Part shown: piece by piece, positions 27,094 to 36,855 of the stretch
Numbering within the stretch: the first letter of the stretch is position 1
Layout of the letters: every line of letters begins with the position of its first letter
From: a virus
Taxonomy: Duplodnaviria; Caudoviricetes
Virus record (IMG/VR): IMGVR_UViG_3300024999_002465
Span: 1 to 55,069 of that record
Strand: one strand, 5' to 3'
Length of the DNA stretch: 55,069 bases
Program-made: the position numbers and the translations under genes
Notes under the pieces: model-generated
Databases searched by the model: none
What the model saw: the letters and a program-made list of their open reading frames with translations, nothing else
What the model was told of the DNA's origin: nothing

Positions 27094-28233
27094 TCAATCT
27101 ACATTCCTTATGTAGCAATATATCTTCCCATCTTTATAATTCTCTACATCCATATTCTTCTCAACAATAATTTTATCAATTATGCAATCATCTTCCCCAT
27201 ACTCTCTTGTTATAATTTGATCGAAAGCACTCTTCAATAGATTTTGTTTGTCAAATTTTGCCAAGCAATCAAATTTTATATAAACAACAATTGGCATATC
27301 CCAATTAACATCCAACTCTTCTTTTGGTATTAATTGATGCGAGGGAAAATTTCTAATCCAATTGTTATATGTGTTAGTTTTGACTGTAATATTCTTGCCA
27401 GTATAATCGCTCACAACAGTCTGATAGAGATAGTTTTCCGACATTCCATGTACATTTAAGCACATATATTCTGATAATGAAGGGTTTAATATAGCAATTC
27501 TATTTTCTAAACTATTTAATGCTTCCTCTTTATCATCAATTATTTGCAATTGTTTGCTAATAATTTTATTTTTATATGATATTGTTTGTCCTCTACTTTT
27601 ATTTCCAGTTTCTTTTTGTTTCTTACCTATGATAGATATTACTTCAGCAAGTACCAAAGCGAAAGATCCTTTGCCATTATCAATTAATATTTGTTTTCTA
27701 TCTTTTAAAGATTTAATAATCAAATTCTGAATATTATTCTTTTCTTTTCCGTCTTTATTTTTATGATATATCATACATTCTTTATACTCTAACTCAATTG
27801 ATTCTATATTACATATCCTGAACGTATTTCTTATCTTTTTATTTGTAGAGTATTTATCAAGTTTCATCTCTTGTTCTTCTGTAATATCTTTAGACACATA
27901 AGCACCATTTTGACGAATTTCTGTCAACACCTTGCCAACCCATATCATAAATTGTGTTGCTCTATTATTGCTCGCTTTGCCAATTAGTGGATACATTATG
28001 TATTCTGGGATAAAATCACCCGTCGACACAAGTGTCGATGCTCCTAAATCAGCTAAATGCTTATTAACTCTTGCCCACTTAATACACTCATTTCCACTCT
28101 TTGCAATTTCTGTCCAACCACAAAATCTAGCAACTTCATCAATTCTAACTTCACTACCAGAAATTCCTTCTCTAAATGCTACCTCTTGATCCTCATAGAT
28201 TTTTGTTAATACATTGTTATTATTGTTAATCAT
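27094..28233 (-). CDS. BRO-N-like antirepressor domain, coiled coil and RusA-like C-terminal domain
   Basis: W.RVN..L...., FIPE..MY.L..KA.N..A..F..WV..VL.EIR.NG.Y; C-terminal DKQNLLKSAFD...EDD..I. Confidence 0.65.
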   Translation of the reverse strand: MINNNNNVLTKIYEDQEVAFREGISGSEVRIDEVARFCGWTEIAKSGNECIKWARVNKHLADLGASTLVSTGDFIPEYIMYPLIGKASNNRATQFMIWVGKVLTEIRQNGAYVSKDITEEQEMKLDKYSTNKKIRNTFRICNIESIELEYKECMIYHKNKDGKEKNNIQNLIIKSLKDRKQILIDNGKGSFALVLAEVISIIGKKQKETGNKSRGQTISYKNKIISKQLQIIDDKEEALNSLENRIAILNPSLSEYMCLNVHGMSENYLYQTVVSDYTGKNITVKTNTYNNWIRNFPSHQLIPKEELDVNWDMPIVVYIKFDCLAKFDKQNLLKSAFDQIITREYGEDDCIIDKIIVEKNMDVENYKDGKIYCYIRNVD

Positions 28234-28285
28234 TTACTATTCCTTCTTTCTTTTTAATTTTTAAAATAAATATAATTATTATTTA

Positions 28286-28507
28286 TTAATTATAGGGAAT
28301 GTCTTTATTTCTACTATGTGTTCTCCAAATTTCATAAACGTCTGCCGTATCTTTTCTGTCAAACTTATGCCACATCTTTTTTGTTACATAATGAATTCCA
28401 ACATCCTTGACTACCTTTCCTCTGGAAACATAGAATTGAGTTTGCAATAGGTTATAAACGAAAACATATTTATCTACTGGATCAATTTCTAATTCCAATT
28501 TTCTCAC
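28286..28507 (-). CDS. Hypothetical phage protein
   Basis: AAGGAG RBS, GTG start. Confidence 0.6.
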   Translation of the reverse strand: MRKLELEIDPVDKYVFVYNLLQTQFYVSRGKVVKDVGIHYVTKKMWHKFDRKDTADVYEIWRTHSRNKDIPYN

Positions 28508-29110
28508 CTCCTTTCAATAAATTGATTAAATTTAAACATAATAAAAGAGAGGAAATTATTTTCATAAGTCCTCTCGAAATCACTAAAAATATACAATTAT
28601 CCAATTACTACCAACCATGAAACCTGCCTATAGCTTGATTCTCAAAATCCCAAAATCTTAAAATATCCCTTAAATTGAGAATTTCATTTTAATTTATGAT
28701 TCTCTCATAGACAGATGAATTATATAAATACTATAAATTAGAATCCCAAATATCACAGAATAAACATAAACCATATTATTGACTTCCCTTGGCATTAAGT
28801 ATTTAAATCAATAAAAACCTCTCTAAAACACAACTCTGAAACCTTACTCTAGCAATGCTTTCAGCCTACATATTTTGTCTAATCAACAAATAGACATCTC
28901 TAAGCTTGACAAATTGAAGTATGGTAAGATTGTGTCAGAATTTATAGTTGGAGGCTTATAGATGGTTTTGTTTGTGATATTATTGATTATTGGTTAATAT
29001 TATGTAATAAAAAATAGTCTAATTTAAATATATTGAGTAATCCAAAATATATTTTTATACAAAAATTTGTATAAAGTTTATCAATTTTATTTAAAACATT
29101 TTTCATATAA

Positions 29111-29671
29111 TTATTTCTCCTCTGTAATTGTTATACTTTTTTGTACAGTATCTATAACGCTATTTATGGCATTTTTTGCTTCTTTGTTAGATTTCTCTAA
29201 TATTGCATTATAAACTTCATTCAACATGTCCTCTGGGACAGTTAGTTTATTAGTTTCTGTTTTTTGAATATTTTCAACAGCAATTGTTTCGGTAGAACTA
29301 TAAGATGAAACAACTGTTGGTTTTAAAACTTCATTATAACCTTTATTAAATTCTAACAAACTAGCCTCTATAATTGATCTCCATTGATATTCATCCATGT
29401 TTATTCCATAATTCTTTGAAAGTTTTTGGGCAGAAGTTATAGCAGAACTTAATTTTACACTACTATCAAATTTCATATCTTTAGAAACTTGTTCTGTGAA
29501 AAGAATTGCGTTTCTAGCAATAGATTGTAAAAGTTGTAATTGTTTTGCATTTGTATGTTGTCTGATGAATTTCACAATAAATGTTATTACGATTGGCAAA
29601 CCAGTTGTAATTATAGTAAGAATTAAATTGTAAAGCATTGCTTGAATTTGAGTATTATCCATATTAATCAT
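29111..29671 (-). CDS. Holin (LL-H family-like)
   Basis: N-terminal TM, AILFTEQ, K...A..., IIEAS; in lysis cassette. Confidence 0.75.
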   Translation of the reverse strand: MINMDNTQIQAMLYNLILTIITTGLPIVITFIVKFIRQHTNAKQLQLLQSIARNAILFTEQVSKDMKFDSSVKLSSAITSAQKLSKNYGINMDEYQWRSIIEASLLEFNKGYNEVLKPTVVSSYSSTETIAVENIQKTETNKLTVPEDMLNEVYNAILEKSNKEAKNAINSVIDTVQKSITITEEK

Positions 29672-29687
29672 TCTCCTTAATTTTTAT

Positions 29688-30167
29688 TTATTTAATAGTA
29701 ATTCCGTACTTCACAGCCACAATTGAAGTTATTAGTAAACTTACAATTCCTATAATTTTCAATGCCATACTCAAATTATTATGTAATTTTATCTTTTTTA
29801 TTTCAGTATCGCTTATTATTTCTTGCTTTTTTATTTCTGTATTACCAGTTGAATTTCCAATGGCTATTTGGCTAATTGTATTTATTAAGAGATTGGAAGT
29901 TTGTAAATTTTGCAATGTAGTATTTTCTACTCTAGCTAAAGTACTATCCAGAGAATTAAATCTACTTTCGTAGGCGATGTCTTTTAACTCAAGTTCATGG
30001 AGTTTTTCACCATGATTAATCATTTTATCAGAAAGTCCACAAATTTTTTCTTCATGTACATTTGTCTTAGTTTGTAAAACTATAATTTTTTCGGAATGAC
30101 TATCTAGAACCTCTTTAATTTCATTTTCATCCACACTCAACACCTCTTCCATAATTATATTTTGCAT
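29688..30167 (-). CDS. XhlA-like coiled-coil protein with C-terminal TM (lysis accessory)
   Basis: Heptad repeats plus C-terminal hydrophobic helix; between amidase and holin. Confidence 0.6.
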   Translation of the reverse strand: MQNIIMEEVLSVDENEIKEVLDSHSEKIIVLQTKTNVHEEKICGLSDKMINHGEKLHELELKDIAYESRFNSLDSTLARVENTTLQNLQTSNLLINTISQIAIGNSTGNTEIKKQEIISDTEIKKIKLHNNLSMALKIIGIVSLLITSIVAVKYGITIK

Positions 30168-30360
30168 TTGACTTTTACCCCTTTCTGTGTTAACCTTACG
30201 TCAATGGATGCAATATTTAGATTATTGCAAACAGGAGACAGTCCAGATCGGGTAAGTCTGGCTGTCATACATAAATAATTGAATAAATAAATTTTACTAA
30301 AGAAAAACTAGTAAATTAGATTAAAAGAGGCGTAATTTATTTTTACACCTCTAATTTGAA

Positions 30361-31227
30361 TTATCCGAGATATTTATTAACTTCAGCGCAAGTATCAAAT
30401 TTATTATTTCCACTTAGCAAAATCTCTTGAGGATGTTTTACAGAACTGCCTCCAATTATAAATAATTGCTTTGCTAAAAATGCATCTTTGGGACATGATT
30501 TATCAGCATGACGAATAAAAATAGCACAATTATATTTTAGAGCTACATCGCCTCCTGCAAAGTAATCATCTTTACTATACAAGAGAACGGCTTTTTCTAA
30601 CACATTACCATCTCCTTGATTATTAATTGTTGATTGAGTAGTTGAAGTAGAATTATCTTTATAAACTATCCCTAAATGCTCTAATATCCCCTTACTAATA
30701 GCAATACTCGCTTTATCCATATTTGCTAAAATTACGTCTTCTTCACTATCAATAAACCCATATTCTACTAAACAAGCATCTGTATTTGTTTTATCAAATA
30801 ATCTTAATACATAGAAATTACTTGCTTTAACCTTTCTATCTATCATCATATTTAATGCTGAAACCATATTGTTTTGAATACTTCTACTTAATTTCTCATC
30901 TGTTCCTCCAAATTTGTAACAGTGGCATTCTAAACCTTTTGCTGATTTATTAAACGCATTATTGTGTAATGAGCAGAATACATCAGGATTATATTGTTTT
31001 GCAATTGCAATTCTGTTCTGCAAATCAATATTTTCATCATAACCGTTTGGACAAAAATCTTTGTCGGTTGTCCTTGTATAATTCACTATTACATTGTGTT
31101 GTTGAAGTATTTTTCCAACTTTTAATCCTAAATTTAGATTATTATTTTTTTCTTGTGTCTTTATTCCAATACTGCCTGGATCTCTGCCCCCATGTCCTAT
31201 ATCAAGAACACACGTTTTATTATTCAA
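30361..31227 (-). CDS. Endolysin, N-acetylmuramoyl-L-alanine amidase (Amidase_3)
   Basis: LDIGHGGRDPG, EK, SLHNNA, G.E, FYVLR, CLVEYGFID. Confidence 0.95.
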   Translation of the reverse strand: MNNKTCVLDIGHGGRDPGSIGIKTQEKNNNLNLGLKVGKILQQHNVIVNYTRTTDKDFCPNGYDENIDLQNRIAIAKQYNPDVFCSLHNNAFNKSAKGLECHCYKFGGTDEKLSRSIQNNMVSALNMMIDRKVKASNFYVLRLFDKTNTDACLVEYGFIDSEEDVILANMDKASIAISKGILEHLGIVYKDNSTSTTQSTINNQGDGNVLEKAVLLYSKDDYFAGGDVALKYNCAIFIRHADKSCPKDAFLAKQLFIIGGSSVKHPQEILLSGNNKFDTCAEVNKYLG

Positions 31228-31426
31228 TTATTTCACCTTCCTATATAATTTTCATAAACCAATAAATAAAAAGAGACAGTTTAACAAAACCATCTCTTAA
31301 ATCACTAAAATATCATTAAATTTAACTAAAATTCAAATTATCACGAACCCTATAAACCCTTGCTATAAGCGACTTTCAAATTTACATCTACCTAATCCAT
31401 TAAAACAACTATTTCAAATGGCTTTA

Positions 31427-31462
31427 AGATGGAGATGAATTTATCTCCATCTTTTTGTTTTT
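31427..31462. terminator. Stem-loop
   Basis: AAGATGGAGAT / ATCTCCATCTT plus T-tract. Confidence 0.7.
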
Positions 31463-31500
31463 ATGAATTATCAACTAATGAACAGTAAAGGTCTACTGCG

Positions 31501-32142
31501 CTACACTCGTAGTATCCTTAATTTTGCCCTGTTGATCGTATCGCCTGTTAAATATGCACCAAGACCATTATTAATCATCTTATTGTACAACTCATTAACT
31601 AATATACTTTGACATAACGGCGAAGGATGCACATTATCATAACCAATAAATAAATCGGCAGGAAGTACACCCCCTGCTATTGCATCAAACATTGCTTGAT
31701 ACCAGTCCGCATAAACTACATCCATAATGGTCGTAATATCAATTATCGCCTGTCTCCAAGGTGCGTAATTTGATTCCATAGGACTTGAAAAGTTTGACAC
31801 AGGGAAATAAGGAATACCACAATATACTATTTTAGCCCCTGTATTATAGCGTATTTCATTTATTGCGAAAGCTATGTCCGTCTTAAATTGTTCTATAGTA
31901 GCAGATGGGGCTCCGTTGCGTAATCTCCAATAATCATTAATTCCAAATTCCAAAACTACCACAGAAGGGTTGGCATCATAGACTTGTCGCAAGCTACTTA
32001 ACCTCATAAACAAAGATGAACCTGATAACCCAAACTTTTTCATATTTGCTGTTGGAAATCCAGTGTGTAATAGCTCGGCAATATTGTAATACTCAGTGTA
32101 GCTATCTCCCATTACCACTAACATTTTAGGGTTTGCAATCAT
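31501..32142 (-). CDS. SGNH/GDSL hydrolase
   Basis: GDSYT, GLSG, FGIND, DNVHPS. Confidence 0.9.
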   Translation of the reverse strand: MIANPKMLVVMGDSYTEYYNIAELLHTGFPTANMKKFGLSGSSLFMRLSSLRQVYDANPSVVVLEFGINDYWRLRNGAPSATIEQFKTDIAFAINEIRYNTGAKIVYCGIPYFPVSNFSSPMESNYAPWRQAIIDITTIMDVVYADWYQAMFDAIAGGVLPADLFIGYDNVHPSPLCQSILVNELYNKMINNGLGAYLTGDTINRAKLRILRV

Positions 32143-32156
32143 ATCATCACACTCCT

Positions 32157-32753
32157 TTACAGATTTACAGGTTGGACAAAAATATTAAATGTCCCATCTG
32201 TCCGTATTAAATTTAAGAAAACCTTGTCAGGAACACCCCTATAACTCCTAACAATATTTTGCTTAATGCCGTTCGTTTGCATGATTACGCCGCTTACATC
32301 CATAATATTAGCCCAATATGTTTGTGTACCAGTATCTAGTGTTGTCAGTCCGTTGACCTGTAAATCCATGCCAGTAACAGGACTATCACTAACTTGTATC
32401 CCAACCATTAAAGCATTAAATCCAGTGCAATCAATTAGTGCAGATTGTCCAGACACAATGACATCTGTAAACACTTGCGTTACAGCACCCTTAGCCACCC
32501 TGCTAACCGTAACGCTGTCATTTTGATACATTAGGCCTGTTGCAAGGTCTACTTGTACGGTATTTACTACCGAAACCCCATTTGTAACTCCAAGAGTTGT
32601 TTGATCAATTCCTATTTTCCCCATTAAATTTGTACCTACTGGCAAAGCTGAACTTATTGTTATTTTTGGAGAAGATACTACATCTATTCCTTTTACCCAA
32701 TCACTTACATTTTTCCAGTAATCTCTAAGAGTTCCTAATTCTATTAAAGCCAT
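32157..32753 (-). CDS. Putative virion/tail-associated protein
   Basis: LPVGTN.MGKIGIDQT motif, beta-rich, in tail operon. Confidence 0.55.
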   Translation of the reverse strand: MALIELGTLRDYWKNVSDWVKGIDVVSSPKITISSALPVGTNLMGKIGIDQTTLGVTNGVSVVNTVQVDLATGLMYQNDSVTVSRVAKGAVTQVFTDVIVSGQSALIDCTGFNALMVGIQVSDSPVTGMDLQVNGLTTLDTGTQTYWANIMDVSGVIMQTNGIKQNIVRSYRGVPDKVFLNLIRTDGTFNIFVQPVNL

Positions 32754-32794
32754 ATCTCATTCACTCCATTTCTAAAATTATTATATTTTGTTTA

Positions 32795-33064
32795 TTAGCA
32801 CAACAAAGCAGACCATTTTATTTTAGTCCCAATAGGCATCATTACTTGAATTGTCGTAATAATAACGTCAGTAAAAATACAAAATTTTGTATGTAAAATA
32901 CTATTTGACCCATTAATTTTTAGCAATAATTCTGTATCGGATTCAATCGTTATAGAACTTAATGGAGTTAATGAAAAGTCAATCATTTCATTATTAATTA
33001 CTGTTGTATAAAAACCTTGAGCATCACCTTGTGAAGACAAAACACCTGAACTCATAAAAATCAC
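32795..33064 (-). CDS. Hypothetical tail-region protein
   Basis: AAGGAGG RBS, operon context. Confidence 0.6.
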   Translation of the reverse strand: MIFMSSGVLSSQGDAQGFYTTVINNEMIDFSLTPLSSITIESDTELLLKINGSNSILHTKFCIFTDVIITTIQVMMPIGTKIKWSALLC

Positions 33065-33097
33065 CTCCTTTCCTCATTTATTTAATAATTACTTTAC

Positions 33098-33550
33098 TTA
33101 ATTTGAAAAAGTAATAAGTTTCACAGAAGATAAATAACCTGTATAACCAGTTGTGTAACAACTAAAACCAAAAGAATAATCATGTCCAGGAATTAAATTA
33201 AAAATAGGCGATCTTTTAGTTGTAGGAGTACTCGCCAAAAGTGTAATATACCCTTTAGTTAAAGCTATATCGTCCCAATCATATAAAAAATAATCAACTC
33301 TCGATCCTGTTGATGAATAACCAACTATTTCCAATGCAAAATTTGTTTTAGGAGGCCAACGAGAATCTAAACTATAAATAAAATTTACATCTGTTGGGGT
33401 ATCATCAAGTGTACTAACTCCTAATCTAATAAATTTTGAAGTATCGACTGCTGTTGAAACTGGCGTATCTCTACTCCAAAGTAGATTGGGTACTTCAAAA
33501 TAATTTGATGTTTTTATTTTTTTTGGTGATGTTGGTATTCCATTAAACAT
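33098..33550 (-). CDS. Hypothetical tail-region protein
   Basis: Coupled to upstream gene. Confidence 0.6.
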   Translation of the reverse strand: MFNGIPTSPKKIKTSNYFEVPNLLWSRDTPVSTAVDTSKFIRLGVSTLDDTPTDVNFIYSLDSRWPPKTNFALEIVGYSSTGSRVDYFLYDWDDIALTKGYITLLASTPTTKRSPIFNLIPGHDYSFGFSCYTTGYTGYLSSVKLITFSN

Positions 33551-33990
33551 TAAAAATCACCACCTGACACAACAATTGAAAATCCAGAAGCTACAGTCGT
33601 GCCAATCGTTACATTTAATTTATATCCTGTTGGCAAAACTTGAATTGGAGGATAAACTTCTGATCCCTTATAAACTAATACATCTATATCTGCTAAAGCA
33701 GCAACTTCTGACAATGTAGTTGAAGGGCATGTAATTTCGTAAACAAGAGCATTATTAGCTGCAGTTGTATTTGCTAATCCATTATTAATAAAAAATCTCA
33801 TTACTGTGGCAACATTAGTTCCTAATGGTCTAACTTTTATTTGATCAATTCGAGTTCCATTCAATCCTCCTGTAGCTAATGTTACAACTGTACCAGTACC
33901 ATCTTTAGCTGTATTGGCAGTTGTTATAGCAGAAGTATTCCATGACACAATAGGGGTTAAAGGGAAAATAGGTTGTGTATTTGCTGACAT
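33550..33990 (-). CDS. Putative tail fibre/baseplate-associated protein
   Basis: MSANTQPIF..TP, ANTA.DGTGT, GTRID, GGDF; Thr/Ala-rich. Confidence 0.6.
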   Translation of the reverse strand: MSANTQPIFPLTPIVSWNTSAITTANTAKDGTGTVVTLATGGLNGTRIDQIKVRPLGTNVATVMRFFINNGLANTTAANNALVYEITCPSTTLSEVAALADIDVLVYKGSEVYPPIQVLPTGYKLNVTIGTTVASGFSIVVSGGDF

Positions 33991-34063
33991 TATAAAACCT
34001 CCTTAAATTTAACAATTGTGTATTCTCCAAATATCTCTTTTGCTTTAGCATCTTTTCTATTTC

Positions 34064-34453
34064 TCATAAAGCACCTCCAAAATTATTATAAGAATAAATT
34101 AAACTGCCATTATGTTTTGTACTATTATTTGCATGTAAATTAAATACACTTAAATTTGTTTTTTCAACAGTTCCACTTGTCCCTGCAAGGTTTGATATAT
34201 TTGTTGTTAAGGTATTTAAATCTTCTGCAAAAATAATATAATTTGTTAATGCGTCTTTTAAAATAAGAAGCATTCCATTTTGGCCTTGATTATTATACAA
34301 ACCTCCGCTATACGTAAGTGTTGAATAGGTTACTCCACTGGAAACTGAAACGAAGACAATATCCCCTGAAGAAGTTCTTGTTTCTAAATCAAGCAAAGTA
34401 TTAAATTGCTGATATTCAGAAAGTAAAGAATTAGGAAGATTTAATTTTGCCAT
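34064..34453 (-). CDS. Putative tail-associated protein
   Basis: C-terminal IYSYNNFGGAL; tail operon. Confidence 0.55.
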   Translation of the reverse strand: MAKLNLPNSLLSEYQQFNTLLDLETRTSSGDIVFVSVSSGVTYSTLTYSGGLYNNQGQNGMLLILKDALTNYIIFAEDLNTLTTNISNLAGTSGTVEKTNLSVFNLHANNSTKHNGSLIYSYNNFGGAL

Positions 34454-34479
34454 ATAATCACATCCTTTTATTATTAAAT

Positions 34480-34788
34480 TTATTTTTTAATTGAAATATA
34501 TGCATTACTTAAGGAAGAAATAGAGCATAAATATACTTCATCCCCTGCTATTAAAACTTCTCCACTTTTATTTTTTAAATTAGGGATAATTGTTGCTGAA
34601 TCACCTGCCAATTTAACATTTGCTGTTAAATCTAAATTTATAGAATCAACAGTAGCAACCCATCCTCTAAAATTTCCAAACTTCTCCATTTCATTTTTTA
34701 CTATTGTTTTTATTTTTTTCTCAATAATAGAATTAAGAAAAGAAGCAAATTCTGGAGAATTCAATTGTTCTGAATAATTATCTACCAT
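34480..34788 (-). CDS. Putative baseplate spike-like small OB-fold protein
   Basis: ATVDSIN...ANVKL...IPNLKNKSG.VL..GDEV; follows hub-like gene. Confidence 0.55.
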   Translation of the reverse strand: MVDNYSEQLNSPEFASFLNSIIEKKIKTIVKNEMEKFGNFRGWVATVDSINLDLTANVKLAGDSATIIPNLKNKSGEVLIAGDEVYLCSISSLSNAYISIKK

Positions 34789-34838
34789 TTTATTTCACCT
34801 ACTTTTGTTATTTAATTATTAATTAACTATTAGAAACA

Positions 34839-35978
34839 TTAAGTTAATATTAACTCTTTCTCTTTTATACACTTTAATGTCATTACGCCTCCAATATTCA
34901 AAGGAATTGTAATAGAATCAATAAGAAAACGCTCTTCAGATAAATTTAAATTATAATCAGTCAATGTACAAATACAGTCTGAATTTAAATGATACATAGG
35001 AATAGCACTAAAACTTAATTCATTTTGCATAGCTATTTTTCTACGCAATATATATTCTGCCAAATCTTTGCATTTTTCATTGCTGTCTAAAAGGTCGGAA
35101 GAATGTATAAATATTCTCTCAAATCCAAGATTAGGTATAGAAACATTAGATGATAAATTGTTATTTTGAGCAGTATAACTATACGTAATTCCATCAATAT
35201 TGCTTCCAATAACTCTGACGCTATTAAATATTTCGCTATATTTGTATGTATTTATAGCATTACCTTGAAAATTAAATTCTTCAGTAGAAAAATTCCAAAG
35301 AGATGATTTTATTTCATCTGGAATGTCTTTTTCTACAACAAGTTGACCATTTTCATTATAATAAACTGAACAAGAATATAATTGAGCTAAATCAATAATA
35401 ATTTTAGAAATATTATCAGAAGTTTCGTAAGTCATGGTATAAGGCGTTGTTTGTCCGATTAATTGAACATCAATAATTGGTTCTTGTGGATCATTAACTA
35501 AAATTAACGTATCCTTAATTGCTTGAATTATATTTGTTCCTATTGGAATAATATATGTGCTAGATAATTCACCTCCTAAAGTCCCATCCATTAAACTAAA
35601 TTTATCAATGCCTTTTATAGAAATAAAACTCTCAGAATAATTTGAACTTACAGAAGGATCTTCCATTACAAATAAACCATTTTTAATCCAATAATCTTCA
35701 CCATTAGGCATTTCTAATCCAAGTTGAACCATGAACTTTTGATGAATAAAGAAATTCTCAATATTTGGGATATATTGACCATCAAGATTCATAATTTGTA
35801 AATCTATTGTTCTTCGTATCCCATTTTTTCTTTCAATATTTAAATTGCCACTTGAATTTATAATTAGAGAAGTTATCTCTTCACGAACAGTTTCATCTGG
35901 ACGAAGTAATTCTACTTTTATTTTTTGTTTATAAGTTCCAGAAAGAAGAGCATTAATATAATCTTGATAAGAGGGCAA
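34839..35978 (-). CDS. Putative baseplate hub/tail protein (DUF5048-like)
   Basis: IRRT..L, G.F....P, I.G.DK, YYNENG.L, N.V.V.G, IPMYHL, RFLI.SI.IPL..GG.M. Confidence 0.65.
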   Translation of the reverse strand: MPSYQDYINALLSGTYKQKIKVELLRPDETVREEITSLIINSSGNLNIERKNGIRRTIDLQIMNLDGQYIPNIENFFIHQKFMVQLGLEMPNGEDYWIKNGLFVMEDPSVSSNYSESFISIKGIDKFSLMDGTLGGELSSTYIIPIGTNIIQAIKDTLILVNDPQEPIIDVQLIGQTTPYTMTYETSDNISKIIIDLAQLYSCSVYYNENGQLVVEKDIPDEIKSSLWNFSTEEFNFQGNAINTYKYSEIFNSVRVIGSNIDGITYSYTAQNNNLSSNVSIPNLGFERIFIHSSDLLDSNEKCKDLAEYILRRKIAMQNELSFSAIPMYHLNSDCICTLTDYNLNLSEERFLIDSITIPLNIGGVMTLKCIKEKELILT

Positions 35979-35979
35979 A

Positions 35980-36840
35980 TTATGTCATCTCCTCGCACTC
36001 AACAAATTCGAATTTGCAAACATAGGGTTGACTCGAAATTCCATTCTCGACTGGAACTGCAGAAAATCCATGAGTTTTAACTTTCATAATTTCTCCTTTT
36101 CGAGATTTAAGAATTTTTGTAGAAATATCTTGAATTCTATTTTCTAAATCTTTAATGTAATCAATAGATTGTAAAAGACCTCCATCAGAAGAAATGCTTC
36201 CAGCTATTGCTTCTATCGTTCCTCTTCGAAATTTTCTCTTTCCTTTAGCAAAAGCATTGTATTGTCCATATGTTTTATATTCTACATAATCTTCTTCTGT
36301 TGTATATCCTCCGAATTGTAAATTTAAATCTAAATGATATACAAAAGTTGTTCCGTCTGCATCATTACCGACAAGATACCATCCATAAAAATTAGTATTA
36401 ATAACTTCACTCTCTAATTGAATCCCTATTTGACTTTCTGTCAAAGGAAATATATCGTAAATATAATCCTTATTTTGCTGACAAGTATAATCAATATAAT
36501 TAATTCTGCTAACATCAATTGTGTCTAAAATTTTTAATGTATCACTATATTGTTCTCTTCTTGTTACTTGCCATTTGATAATTGGATCTGAATTAGCTAT
36601 ATTACCTGCTACTAAATTCCCTTCAAATTCAGATAATGCTAAAGTATTTACATTCCATTTTAAAGCATCTGTTGTATTTATATTTTGGATTTCTGTATTT
36701 GTTAATTCTTTATTTAATATTTGTAATTTATCTATAGTTGAACTACCATAAATCCTTACTTTATTATATTTTCTTCTTATGGGAATATCTTCTAATTTTC
36801 TAAATACACTTATACCTAAAAAGCTTCCTGATAGAAACAA
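35980..36840 (-). CDS. Putative distal tail protein
   Basis: Position after TMP; YIDYT....YIY.I.P Fn3-like segment, KILKSRKG, F.FVE. Confidence 0.55.
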   Translation of the reverse strand: MFLSGSFLGISVFRKLEDIPIRRKYNKVRIYGSSTIDKLQILNKELTNTEIQNINTTDALKWNVNTLALSEFEGNLVAGNIANSDPIIKWQVTRREQYSDTLKILDTIDVSRINYIDYTCQQNKDYIYDIFPLTESQIGIQLESEVINTNFYGWYLVGNDADGTTFVYHLDLNLQFGGYTTEEDYVEYKTYGQYNAFAKGKRKFRRGTIEAIAGSISSDGGLLQSIDYIKDLENRIQDISTKILKSRKGEIMKVKTHGFSAVPVENGISSQPYVCKFEFVECEEMT

Positions 36841-36855
36841 ATTATTTTCTCCTTT

